Notes under the pieces: model-generated
What the model was told of the DNA's origin: nothing
The model's input: only the letters and a program-made list of their open reading frames with translations
Database searches by the model: none
In this document: positions 1 to 13,300 of the stretch, one piece after another
Numbering within the stretch: the stretch's first letter is position 1
How the letters are laid out: each line of letters begins with the position of its first letter
Origin: Nemertoderma westbladi
Taxonomy: Eukaryota > Animalia > Xenacoelomorpha
Direction: 5' to 3'
Length of the DNA stretch: 42,934 nucleotides
Assembly (NCBI GenBank): GCA_032718475.1
Contig: JAUCBJ010004700.1
Location: forward strand, 1 to 42,934
Position numbers and translations under genes: made by a program

Positions 1-34
1 GCGGAATATGATAATATAAAACGACTTCCGGAAT

Positions 35-1810
35 ATGGAAAACATTCCATACCCTTTCGTTGATACTCAGCTGATTGCTCCTTGGGCCGAAGGCCGAGGT
101 TTCTTTCGCACTATGTATGCCAATACACCCAGCGACATTACTAAGGTACAACGGACATCCATCAGACATCTTGCCTTTCAAGAATATGGATGGAATTTCA
201 AAGTTGGAAATCCTACCAATTACCAGCAAGTATATGGAGATCATTACTCTCGTTTATATTTTGATGGACCATTAACTGCGCCTGGTGCCGTATATAGCTT
301 TATGAGTGTTCCACTTCGCCCTTCCTTAGCTATATACACGATCTTTGAAAACGCAGCACTTGCCGGTTGGCTAGCCGATGTGTGCAGTCGTACCATACGC
401 GCTCATCCCTTAATACTTGGAACTAAACTCGCCAAGTTAGACGAACACAATAAGTTCATACGTTTCGAATGTTTCCGGCGCTTTCTGACTCCGTTCCGTA
501 ACGTCGATAGTCAGTTCAAGGACCGCGCGCTGACCAAACTCAGTCTGAGAGACTCAGCTGCGGAGAAACTGAGTAGCGCTGGATTTGCCGTTTTTCAAGA
601 CATTTGTATACAGAACCTACATTCATCCGTTATACAAAGACCCCGAATATCTACAGGTTATTCTGTCGTGGAAATACAGACAGTGGGTCCACTTACGGAG
701 ACCGACGCACCCACTTCGTCTATACAGCTGGAGGATGAACCAGTATGTTTGGAATCAGAAGCGATTCAACCTACAGCTTCCCGGAGCAGTGACAATGATT
801 ATGTCATAGAGTGGTATCAAGGTCCACAGCGTCTCACAGCGTACGATTATCGACACGCCAACTACGTTTCTCAAAAACGTTGTCGATTATGCGCATCGAG
901 AGACCACTTCACTCCTCTAGACTCGAGCGTACCTTGTTCCTATTTCCTCGAACAACCGATGATGGAAATATATTGTGCTTATTGCCGGCTTAATAACTCT
1001 CATATATTTGCCGTCTGCCCACAATTTATGACTCAATGTCACTACTGTCAACTTAAAGGACATGAAAGTTACAATTGTCCCTTTAATCGCGATTTAGAGA
1101 GCGTAGACGAGATGATCACCCTGCGATACATCCGAGCTTGGGAAGCGAACGCCGATTTACATTGCGAATCCCGACATCGCTATTACCCTGGACGAGCTTA
1201 CGAGGGAGTTTACGCGTTCCATCCTTATCTATTCGCGTCGATTGAACAGAAAACACGCGTACCAAGTTACGAGTTAATGAAGCGTGTTGGTGAGTGTATT
1301 TCCACCAAGTTTGTCAGGAAATACCTTAGAAACGTTAACCCTAATGATATAACCACATATCACCTGATCAATTTTATCCGTCAGGACCCTGAGTATGGCG
1401 ACATCTTTGTGAACTCGCATCCTGAACTACAGGAAATATCTCGGCGACCATATGAATATCGAACCCGAGAACGCGAGCTGGAGAGAACCATTAAACCGAG
1501 AAAGTTCCTCACCACTCACGGTCCACCCACCGCTAGTGTCCAGACGACCCGTCAAGGACCCGTAGGAGCTGCTGTCCTGAGACGCGCTCTAAAGGCCGTT
1601 AGACCTCGCTCCACGGAGGTTGATATTAATCAACCAGGTACTTCGACCGGCGGGTATACCGATCGTAACCCTGCACCTTCTGATGCAATTATATTGCACC
1701 CTTCGCCTAGGAGCTACAGCCCTCCTCGTAAAGTGGCTCGCCCCAAAGAGAAAAGGACTCTTGCTAGCTTTAAAAAACTGCGTAAACGCCGTCCGCGCAA
1801 GAAAGACTAA
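35..1810 (+). CDS. Uncharacterised 591-aa protein with a cluster of CCHC zinc-knuckle-like motifs and a basic C-terminal tail (gag/ORF1-like or retroelement accessory protein)
   Basis: Long uninterrupted ORF. Motifs CRLC..H..C, CAYCRLNNSHIFAVC and a canonical CX2CX4HX4C (CHYCQLKGHESYNC); NLS-like end KKLRKRRPRKKD. No pol ORF follows it. Confidence 0.65.
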   Translation: MENIPYPFVDTQLIAPWAEGRGFFRTMYANTPSDITKVQRTSIRHLAFQEYGWNFKVGNPTNYQQVYGDHYSRLYFDGPLTAPGAVYSFMSVPLRPSLAIYTIFENAALAGWLADVCSRTIRAHPLILGTKLAKLDEHNKFIRFECFRRFLTPFRNVDSQFKDRALTKLSLRDSAAEKLSSAGFAVFQDICIQNLHSSVIQRPRISTGYSVVEIQTVGPLTETDAPTSSIQLEDEPVCLESEAIQPTASRSSDNDYVIEWYQGPQRLTAYDYRHANYVSQKRCRLCASRDHFTPLDSSVPCSYFLEQPMMEIYCAYCRLNNSHIFAVCPQFMTQCHYCQLKGHESYNCPFNRDLESVDEMITLRYIRAWEANADLHCESRHRYYPGRAYEGVYAFHPYLFASIEQKTRVPSYELMKRVGECISTKFVRKYLRNVNPNDITTYHLINFIRQDPEYGDIFVNSHPELQEISRRPYEYRTRERELERTIKPRKFLTTHGPPTASVQTTRQGPVGAAVLRRALKAVRPRSTEVDINQPGTSTGGYTDRNPAPSDAIILHPSPRSYSPPRKVARPKEKRTLASFKKLRKRRPRKKD

Positions 1811-3089
1811 CTGTTTAGAGTATTTATGTATATTAGAAATTGTGATTTTGTATATTTTATAGACTTAAATCCCATTTTCTGGGAGTGGTGTAAAAGCTTT
1901 TGTGGGATAACTGATTCGTTTGCCTTGCTAACCAGTTCCCCCCAGGCGCTGGAATACTCTAAAAAAGGGATCTATAACTCGAATAGCGCAAGCTACCGGC
2001 TGATTGGCTGATTCGCTGTGCGAAGGGATCTGGGCTACGTTTGATTGTCCAACCAGCTTGGGAAAGTTGCCCCACAGCCCTGCTTTCTGTATCTGCCAAT
2101 AGGATTTGAGTTGATTTTGATTTCGACCTATCACAGATCTACTGAACTGAATTTTCCTATCTGTATGCTCTTTCTCTGTGTTGGGTGGAAGCCTTTGTAA
2201 ATAAGGTTATTCTTATCAGTTTTCAGTGTTGTTGGTCTTTCTGTCCTGAGCCAGGAGAGAACGGCTTGTAAATATTTTGTGCTTTTCTGTTTTAGTCTAA
2301 CACTAGTAGGCTTAATTATAAGGACATATATCCGTTATCAAACTAATGAACACACTGAATCACTGTGCATAACAATCCAATTCAAACTGATGTTTGGTCT
2401 TTCTTGCATACTTTTATATTGTTATACTGCTATTTACTGTCAGTTCTTCATAATATGGTTGATGAATTATTATATTTGGAATAACGATAAATAACCCCGA
2501 AACCCAATATTCTTGATATACCGAAGGTAAGAGAGAAAGGTTACATATAACGATTGTGACTTATGTTAAAGTGGTTTGAAGTGAATCTAATGTTATTTGA
2601 TAGACCCTACATGAGTCGGTCCGTGTTCCTTTTATATATAACTAAAATCAGTGAAGATCGGCAGATCAGTGTGCAGTATTGTGCAGCATTGTGTATGAGT
2701 GAGACTGATAACGAAGCATTTCCTAAAGAATGCGCCATATATGTGAATTATAACTAAGCCATATCGTTGTGAGTAGTTTAAGTCATAACTCTGTTTATAT
2801 AGATAGAGCGCCACGTCCTAAAGGAACTGTTAATATTTCCCGAAGGTGAATAATATTGTCAGAGATTATATAATACTGTCAGTCGAATAATACATTAGGC
2901 TTACATAGCAATAAGATTAAGCCGTCGAACCCAATCTCCCGGGTATATCCAGCGGGTGAATGATCGCGCACAGATTGGTTTCGACTAGTGTAGTGAATTA
3001 AATACTTGTCATAGGCTAAAAGTGATTTATTATCTAGAAGACATCCTAATTTGGCGGGTTAAACTGCCAAAGGTCTGAAAGCGCGAACA

Positions 3090-6000
3090 TAGTTTGTAGA
3101 AGAGACCACCAGTCCTAGTGGAGCGGGAGTATATGACGTAGTTTGTAGAAGAGACCACCGGTCCTAATGGAGCGGGAGTATATGACGTAGTTTGTAGAAG
3201 AGACCACCGGTGCTAATGGAGCGGGAGTATATGACGTAGTTTGTAGAAGGGACCACTGGTCCTAATGGAGCGGGAGTATATGACGTAGTTTGTAGAAGAG
3301 ACCACCGGTCCTAATGGAGCGGGAGTATATGACGTAGTTTGTAGAAGGGACCACTGGTCATAATGGAGCAGGAGTATATGACGTAGTTTGTAGAAGAGAC
3401 CACCGGTCCTAATGGAGCGGGAGTATATGACGTAGTTTGTAGAAGAGACCACCGGTCCTAATGGAGCGGGAGTATATGGCGTAGTTTGTAGAAGGGACCA
3501 CTGGTCCTAATGGAGCAGGAGTATATGACGTAGTTTGTAGAAGAGACCACCGGTCCTAATGGAGCGGGAGTATATGACGTAGTTTGTAGAAGAGACCACC
3601 AGTCCTAGTGGAGCGGGAGTATATGACCTAGTTTGTAGAAGAGACCACCAGTCCTAATGGAGCGGGAGTATATGATGTAGTTTGTAGAAGGGACCACTGG
3701 TCCTAATGGAGCGGGAGTATATGACGTAGTTTGTAGAAGAGACCACCGGTCCTAATGGAGCGGGAGTATATGACGTAGTTTGTAGAAGAGACCACCAGTC
3801 CTAGTGGAGCGGGAGTATATGGCGTAGTTTGTAGAAGGGACCACTGGTCCTAATGGAGCGGGAGTATATGACGTAGTTTGTAGAAGAGACCACCGGTGCT
3901 AATGGAGCGGGAGTATATGACGTAGTTTGTAGAAGGGACCACTGGTCCTAATGGAGCGGGAGTATATGGCGTAGTTTGTAGAAGGGACCAATGGTCCTAA
4001 TGGAGCGGGAGTATATGGCGTAGTTTGTAGAAGGGACCACTGGTCGTAATGGAGCGGGAGTATATGGCGTAGTTTGTAGAAGGGACCACTGGTCCTAATG
4101 GAGCAGGAGTATATGACGTAGTTTGTAGAAGAGACCACCGGTCCTAATGGAGCGGGAGTATATGATGTAGTTTGTAGAAGGGACCACTGGTCCTAATGGA
4201 GCGGGAGTATATGGCGTAGTTTGTAGAAGGGACCACTGGTCCTAATGGAGCGGGAGTATATGGCGTAGTTTGTAGAAGAGACCACCAGTCCTAGTGGAGC
4301 GGGAGTATTTGACGTAGTTTGTAGAAGAGACCACTGGTCCTAATGGAGCGGGAGTATATGACGTAGTTTGTAGAAGAGACCACCAGTCCTAATGGAGCGG
4401 GAGTATATGACATAGTTTGTAGAAGGGACCACTGGTCCTAATGGAGCGGGAGTATATGACGTAGTTTGTAGAAGAGACCACCAGTCCTAATGGAGCGGGA
4501 GTATATGACATAGTTTGTAGAAGGGACCACTGGTCCTAATGGAGCGGGAGTATATGGCGTAGTTTGTAGAAGGGACCACTGGTCCTAATGGAGCAGGAGT
4601 ATATGACGTAGTTTGTAGAAGAGACCACCGGTCCTAATGGAGCGGGAGTATATGACGTAGTTTGTAGAAGAGACCACCGGTCCTAGTGGAGCGGGAGTAT
4701 ATGACGTAGTTTGTAGAAGAGACCACCGGTGCTAATGGAGCGGGAGTATATGACGTAGTTTGTAGAAGGGACCACTGGTCCTAATGGAGCGGGAGTATAT
4801 GGCGTAGTTTGTAGAAGGGACCAATGGTCCTAATGGAGCGGGAGTATATGGCGTAGTTTGTAGAAGGGACCACTGGTCGTAATGGAGCGGGAGTATATGG
4901 CGTAGTTTGTAGAAGGGACCACTGGTCCTAATGGAGCAGGAGTATATGACGTAGTTTGTAGAAGAGACCACCGGTCCTAATGGAGCGGGAGTATATGATG
5001 TAGTTTGTAGAAGGGACCACTGGTCCTAATGGAGCGGGAGTATATGGCGTAGTTTGTAGAAGGGACCACTGGTCCTAATGGAGCGGGAGTATATGGCGTA
5101 GTTTGTAGAAGGGACCACTGGTCCTAATGGAGCAGGAGTATATGACGTAGTTTGTAGAAGAGACCACTGGTCCTAATGGAGCGGGAGTATATGACATAGT
5201 TTGTAGAAGAGACAACCGGTCCTAGTGGAGCGGGAGTATATGACGTAGTTTGTAGAAGAGACCACCGGTGCTAATGGAGCGGGAGTATATGACGTAGTTT
5301 GTAGAAGAGACCACCGGTCCTAATGGAGCGGGAGTATATGACGTAGTTTGTAGAAGAGACCACCAGTCCTAGTGGAGCGGGAGTATATGACGTAGTTTGT
5401 AGAAGGGACCACCGGTCCTAATGGAGCGGGAGTATATGACGTAGTTTGTAGAAGGGACCACCAGTCCTAATGGAGCGGGAGTATATGACGTAGTTTGTAG
5501 AAGAGACCACCGGTCCTAATGGAGCGGGAGTATATGACGTAGTTTGTAGAAGAGACCACCGGTCCTAATGGAGCGGGAGTATATGACGTAGTTTGTAGAA
5601 GAGACCACCAGTCCTAGTGGAGCGGGAGTATATGACGTAGTTTGTAGAAGAGACCACCAGTCCTAGTGGAGCGGGAGTATATGACGTAGTTTGTAGAAGG
5701 GACCACCGGTCCTAATGGAGCGGGAGTATATGACGTAGTTTGTAGAAGAGACCACCGGTCCTAATGGAGCGGGAGTATATGACGTAGTTTGTAGAAGAGA
5801 CCACCGGTCCTAATGGAGCGGGAGTATATGACGTAGTTTGTAGAAGGGACCACTGGTCCTAATGGAGCGGGAGTATATGACGTAGTTTGTAGAAGGGACC
5901 AACGGTCCTAATGGAGCGGGGGTATATGACGTAGTTTGTAGAAGAGACCACCGGTCCTAATGGAGCGGGAGTATATGACGTAGTTTGTAGAAGAGACCAC

Positions 6001-9000
6001 CGGTCCTAATGGAGCGGGAGTATATGACGTAGTTTGTAGAAGAGACCACCAGTCCTAGTGGAGCGGGAGTATATGACGTAGTTTGTAGAAGAGACAACCG
6101 GTCCTAATGGAGCGGGAGCATATGACGTAGTTTGTAGAAGAGACCACCGGTCCTAATGGAGCGGGAGTATATGGCGTAGTTTGTAGAAGGGACCACTGGT
6201 CCTAATGGAGCGGGAGTATATGACGTAGTTTGTAGAAGAGACCACCGGTCCTAATGGAGCGGGAGTATATGACGTAGTTTGTAGAAGAGACCACCAGTCC
6301 TAGTGGAGCGGGAGTATATGACGTAGTTTGTAGAAGAGACCACCGGTCCTAATGGAGCGGGAGTATATGATGTAGTTTGTAGAAGAGACCACCGGTGCTA
6401 ATGGAGCGGGAGTATATGACGTAGTTTGTAGAAGGGACCACTGGTCCTAATGGAGCGGGAGTATATGACGTAGTTTGTAGAAGAGACCACCGGTCCTAAT
6501 GGAGCGGGAGTATATGACGTAGTTTGTAGAAGGGACCACTGGTCATAATGGAGCGGGAGTATATGACGTAGTTTGTAGAAGAGACCACCGGTCCTAATGG
6601 AGCGGGAGTATATGACGTAGTTTGTAGAAGGGACCAACGGTCCTAATGGAGCGGGGGTATATGACGTAGTTTGTAGATGGGACCACCGGTCCTAATGGAG
6701 CGGGAGTATATGACGTAGTTTGTAGAAGGGACCACTGGTCGTAATGGAGCGGGAGTATATGACGTAGTTTGTAGAAGGGACCACTGGTCGTAATGGAGCG
6801 GGAGTATATGACGTAGTTTGTAGAAGAGACCACCAGTCCTAATGGAGCGGGAGTATATGACGTAGTTTGTAGAAGAGACCACCAGACCTAATGGAGCGGG
6901 AGTATATGACGTAGTTTGTAGAAGAGACCACCAGTTCTAATGGAGCAGGAGTATATGACGTAGTTTGTAGAAGAGACCACCGGTCCTAATGGAGCGTGAG
7001 TATATGACGTAGTTTGTAGAAGAGACCACCAGTCCTAGTGGAGCGGGAATATATGACGTAGTTTGTAGAAGAGACCACCGGTCCTAATGGAGCAGGAGTA
7101 TATGACGTAGTTTGTAGAAGAGACCACCGGTCCTAATGGAGCGGGAGTATATGACGTAGTTTGTAGAAGGGACCACCGGTCCTAATGGAGCGGGAGTATA
7201 TGACGTAGTTTGTAGAAGGGACCACTGGTCGTAATGGAGCGGGAGTATATGACGTAGTTTGTAGAAGGGACCACTGGTCGTAATGGAGCGGGAGTATATG
7301 ACGTAGTTTGTAGAAGAGACCACCGGTCCTAATGGAGCGGGAGTATATGACGTAGTTTGTAGAAGAGACCACCAGTCCTAGTGGAGCGGGAGTATATGAC
7401 GTAGTTTGTAGAAGGGACCACCGGTCCTAATGGAGCGGGAGTATATGACGTAGTTTGTAGAAGAGACCACCAGTCCTAATGGAGCGGGAGTATATGACGT
7501 AGTTTGTAGAAGAGACCACCGGTCCTAGTGGAGCGGGAATATATGACGTAGTTTGTAGAAGAGACCACCGGTCCTAATGGAGCAGGAGTATATGACGTAG
7601 TTTGTAGAAGAGACCACCGGTCCTAATGGAGCGGGAGTATATGACGTAGTTTGTAGAAGGGACCACCGGTCCTAATGGAGCGGGAGTATATGACGTAGTT
7701 TGTAGAAGGGACCACTGGTCGTAATGGAGCGGGAGTATATGACGTAGTTTGTAGAAGGGACCACTGGTCGTAATGGAGCGGGAGTATATGACGTAGTTTG
7801 TAGAAGAGACCACCGGTCCTAATGGAGCGGGAGTATATGACGTAGTTTGTAGAAGAGACCACCAGTCCTAGTGGAGCGGGAGTATATGACGTAGTTTGTA
7901 GAAGGGACCACCGGTCCTAATGGAGCGGGAGTATATGACGTAGTTTGTAGAAGAGACCACCAGTCCTAATGGAGCGGGAGTATATGACGTAGTTTGTAGA
8001 AGAGACCACCAGTCCTAGTGGAGCGGGAGTATATGACGTAGTTTGTAGAAGAGACCACCAGTCCTAATGGAGCGGGAGTATATGACGTAGTTTGTAGAAG
8101 AGACAACCGGTCCTAATGGAGCGGGGGTATATGACGTAGTTTGTAGAAGAGACCACCAGTCCTAATGGAGCGGGAGTATATGAGGTAGTTTGTAGAAGAG
8201 ACCACCAGACCTAATGGAGCGGGAGTATATGACGTAGTTTGTAGAAGAGACCACGAGTCCTAATGGAGCAGGAGTATATGACGTAGTTTGTAGAAGAGAC
8301 CACCGGTCCTAATGGAGCGTGAGTATATGACGTAGTTTGTAGAAGAGACCACCAGTCCTAATGGAGCGGGAGTATATGAGGTAGTTTGTAGAAGAGACCA
8401 CCAGACCTAATGGAGCGGGAGTATATGACGTAGTTTGTAGAAGAGACCACCAGTCCTAATGGAGCAGGAGTATATGACGTAGTTTGTAGAAGAGACCACC
8501 GGTCCTAATGGAGCGTGAGTATATGACGTAGTTTGTAGAAGAGACCACCAGTCCTAATGGAGCGGGAGTATATGACGTAGTTTGTAGAAGAGACAACCGG
8601 TCCTAATGGAGCGGGGGTATATGACGTAGTTTGTAGAAGAGACCACCAGTCCTAATGGAGCGGGAGTATATGAGGTAGTTTGTAGAAGAGACCACCAGAC
8701 CTAATGGAGCGGGAGTATATGACGTAGTTTGTAGAAGAGACCACGAGTCCTAATGGAGCAGGAGTATATGACGTAGTTTGTAGAAGAGACCACCGGTCCT
8801 AATGGAGCGTGAGTATATGACGTAGTTTGTAGAAGAGACCACCAGTCCTAATGGAGCGGGAGTATATGAGGTAGTTTGTAGAAGAGACCACCAGACCTAA
8901 TGGAGCGGGAGTATATGACGTAGTTTGTAGAAGAGACCACCAGTCCTAATGGAGCAGGAGTATATGACGTAGTTTGTAGAAGAGACCACCGGTCCTAATG

Positions 9001-9798
9001 GAGCGTGAGTATATGACGTAGTTTGTAGAAGAGACCACCAGTCCTAATGGAGCGGGAGTATATGACGTAGTTTGTAGAAGAGACCACCAGTCCTAGTGGA
9101 GCGGGAGTATATGACGTAGTTTGTAGAAGAGACCACGAGTCCTAATGGAGCAGGAGTATATGACGTAGTTTGTAGAAGAGACCACCGGTCCTAATGGAGC
9201 GTGAGTATATGACGTAGTTTGTAGAAGAGACCACCAGTCCTAATGGAGCGGGAGTATATGAGGTAGTTTGTAGAAGAGACCACCAGACCTAATGGAGCGG
9301 GAGTATATGACGTAGTTTGTAGAAGAGACCACCAGTCCTAATGGAGCAGGAGTATATGACGTAGTTTGTAGAAGAGACCACCGGTCCTAATGGAGCGTGA
9401 GTATATGACGTAGTTTGTAGAAGAGACCACCAGTCCTAATGGAGCGGGAGTATATGACGTAGTTTGTAGAAGAGACCACCAGTCCTAGTGGAGCGGGAGT
9501 ATATGACGTAGTTTGTAGAAGAGACCACCAGTCCTAATGGAGCGGGAGTATATGACGTAGTTTGTAGAAGAGACCACCAGTCCTAATGGAGCGGGAGTAT
9601 ATGACGTAGTTTGTAGAAGAGACCACCAGTCCTAGTGGAGCGGGAGTATATGACGTAGTTTGTAGAAGAGACCACCGGTCCTAATGGAGCAGGAGTATAT
9701 GACGTAGTTTGTAGAAGAGACCACCAGTCCTAATGGAGCGGGAGTATATGACGTAGTTTGTAGAAGAGACCACCGGTCCTAATGGAGCGGGAGTATAT
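3090..9798 (+). repeat. 49-bp tandem satellite array, about 137 copies, with higher-order structure
   Basis: Unit TAGTTTGTAGAAGAGACCACCGGTCCTAATGGAGCGGGAGTATATGACG recurs every 49 bp (e.g. 3091, 3140). Identical variant blocks are offset by 833 bp (17 units), 490 bp (10 units) and 196 bp (4 units). Confidence 0.98.
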
Positions 9799-9806
9799 TA
9801 TGTAAT

Positions 9807-9952
9807 GCGAAATGCGCATACGGACATAAACTCTTTTATTTATATACGTGGCAAGACCCTCACCCCAGTTCTTCCCTCCAGCCCCCTGGAGGCTCAACAT
9901 ATAATATGCTCACGCCACGCTCGACGTCAATCCGCAACATTAAATATATGGA
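9807..9952 (+). repeat. 5' pseudo-LTR of the PLE (starts inside the hammerhead motif)
   Basis: GCGAAATGCGCATACGGAC...TAAATATATGGA is identical to 13871-14016. Confidence 0.95.
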
Positions 9953-10362
9953 TTTAACACCGAGGGCCTCCTACGACGTCAACAAATGTTTGAAACTCAA
10001 CCTTTTAAGAACGCTTTTTATATCAAATTGAATATTTCAAATCGACAAGAGAGTCTAATTTCCCTCCCCTATTCATCGTTCCCCGCGTTAGCCAAATCCT
10101 AAAATTCTACCCACTACTCTACGACGGGATTCTCAAAAGGATCATAGCTACTGAGATCCGGGATAGATATACTAGGCTCCGAAAACTCAGACGACTCTAT
10201 ATTGAGACATACACGAGACTAGAACAATACGCGGTCGACCGCTACGATGACCGACCGCTAGAATATCTGGACTTCTGGATTCCAGTTAACACGGAAAGGG
10301 AGCGATCGGTAACTTGCGACCGTCTAGACTATCGACATAGCTTCGACAGCGGTTTCGAGACT

Positions 10363-13300
10363 ATGGAAGATATCCTCAACAATGATGGCCGTGTTCCCAA
10401 ATTCCGGATGAAAGATCTTGATCCATCCCATATCCATGCAACGAACCCCTTCCCACAAGCCCAGGTCCCGGTCAATAACTTATCCAGTGTGACACTTAAC
10501 GAAAACCAATTGAACCTGCTAGGGTTAGGGTTTAACTTCATCCCGTTTTGTGGTCTCACCGAAGCAGACCGCGTAGAAGCGAGAGTCGACATATCCACGG
10601 CGGCATCTAAACTCCGCTATAAGAGCCGCGACTTATGCAACATGGGACAGGCACGCCTCTCCAAACCAAACACTCCACGCGCAACGCGCCCCCCACCATC
10701 CCCACCCACCCGATGCCACAACCCCAACCCTCCCAGAAACCCCCGCCCACCCAGTGACAAGCTGACTAGACGAGTACTGTTCGCCGACACCCACCAATCC
10801 CAAGGAAACGCGAACGAGCGGCACGACACCCGGCCCGTACAAACCGCACCCCCCACCCACACAAAACAGCAACCCCCCACCACATCACCACCCCACCGAT
10901 CTTCCCACCCCGCTATCCCACCATACACTGACACACCCCTTGTAACTTCCCACTTACATAACAATACAATACCAATTTCCAAACCACCATTACTGACATC
11001 CCAACAGACAACCCCAACCATAGACAGAACATCGATCTGCACCGATTCTGGACCTAACAGGTTCACCCCCCTAATAACCCCCCACAACCCAACTCCACAA
11101 CCATTCCTAACACGCACAAAACAAAACCCCCACCCAGCACCCCCACCTCTGCACGCCCCATGGCCACCACCCATGTGGGTAGCCCCACAACTCGCACTGA
11201 CTCACCCGCACCCTCTCGCAACACCCCAGCACCCTAATACAATTTGTGACACCCCTTCAACCCGCACCCGCTCAAAAACAACTAACATACAAACCCCCAT
11301 TCCTCACACCCTTCCACCTAATACGACCGGCACACCAACCGTGCCAACCACCACAACACCCGATATCCCACGACACTGCATACCCAACCCACCTCCACAT
11401 CAAACACCCCCCAACCCCCCTGAGCCACCACACTACCGGAATGCCCGATATATAGCCCCACATACGGACAACCCTTCTGTAGAGGTCATTATTAAAGAAC
11501 TACACAGTAAAATCGATGCAACGAACATCAAACGATACAACAAAACCCACCCACCCAACCTTGATTTCCAACAACAATGCGCTCTACATTCCCTACGTAA
11601 ACTCAAACACGTGTCGTACCTCAAAGGAGATAAAACAGGAAACATTATCGTGCTAGACACTGAGGATAAAAACTACGAGATACAGCGCATCCTCAGTGAC
11701 ACCTCCACCTACGAATGCCTTCAGAAAGATCCCACCCCCCGCTACAGAGTAACATGCCGCGCCCTTCTAGATAAACTAGCACTAAAAAATTCTGAACTCA
11801 GAACTTACCTGTTCCCGAACACCTTCACCGTTGGACATATCTTCATCACCCTAAAAGACCATAAACCCCAGGACCAATGGATCACCCATCCCAATGGTAA
11901 AACTATCCCCAAAGGCCGACCAATCATTGCTAACACTAACGCGTTCTTTACCCCGCTATCTAAATTGATGCACCATTATCTCAGCCCTCTAGTCACCAAC
12001 GCTGCCAATCACCTCAACAGTTCCCTCCAATTAAAGACGAATCTACCGGTTGACGTCGGACCTGCAGGGTGCACCCTCATCGCGGTTGACGTCGTCGATA
12101 TGTTCACTGCAATCCCCCACGAAATCGGAATCCAAGCAACCATGGAAACTCTAATTGAAGATCAGACCCTACCGCACCGTTCTGTTTTTACACCCCACCA
12201 GCTTTGCCTTATACTCCGCTTCCTTTTATATCACAATTACTTCCAATACAACCGGAAATTTTATTTGCAAATAGCTGGAGCCCCAATGGGAGGCTCCCAT
12301 AGCGGAGATTACGCGGTCCTTACAGCGTCCAAGGTGATACGCAGAGCCCTTGACATAACTCTATTCTCACACACCTTCTTCCGTACCCTAGTCGATGATA
12401 GCTTACTAATTTATGACAAACAACTCACTAATCAACAAATCCATACCCTCACACTTAACTTAAACATAGCATGTCAACAGTTGTACAACACAAATGACCT
12501 ACAATTCACCACTGAGTCATCCAACACCCATATCAACTACCTAGATATCACAATATACCGACAGAACAACAACCTACTCACCAAGCTTTACAAGAAACCC
12601 ACTTCTAATAAACTGCCAATCTTATATTCCAGCTGCCACCACAAACCCTCCCTGTTGGCCGTTGTCAAAGCCGAAATCCTAAGGTACCGCCGCCTCACAG
12701 ACAATGACCATGAATTCAACCTTGCCCGACACTCGTACTTAGAACTATGCAAACTCAGAGGATATCCCCTTAACTTCTTACTAGCACTCTATGCATGGAA
12801 ACCTGACCACCGACTTCCCTCAAATAACCCCACCACTCAACCCCCTCCCAAACCCACGATTTATCTCGCAACCACCCCCCATTTCATCCACACGTTTTCT
12901 GACACTATCTCCCGACATAAAAAATTCCTAAAAGATAATCTCATCTGTATAAAACCCGTTCCACGCAATCTCCCCAACCTAGGCCAGATGCTGATACGGA
13001 AATCAGACACCCACCTCGCCCCCGGCAACCAAGCGTGCGGCAGACCAAGATGTTTATGCTGCAAATCTATCACCAACCCGACTTCTACCCCGTGGGGGGA
13101 CCGCATCACAGGGACATTCGACTGCAAATCCTATAACATCATCTATTTAATTTCATGTAAATCCCATACTAACCAATGGTACATAGGTCAAACTGAGCAA
13201 CATCTGCACAAACGCCTCAACAAACACAGATCCTCCATCAAAGATGCCCGAAAAGGTCTCGACACGACAGATCCAGAGATACTCTTACTTCAACACTTTG

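Noticed and set aside
3090-9798. CRISPR array or coding repeats (79-aa ORFs)
   Set aside because: There are no unique spacers and no cas genes, and the context is eukaryotic. The ORFs are by-products of the 49-bp period.
10617-11463. Gly-rich antisense ORFs in the PLE
   Set aside because: They are shadow frames of the C-rich low-complexity insert.
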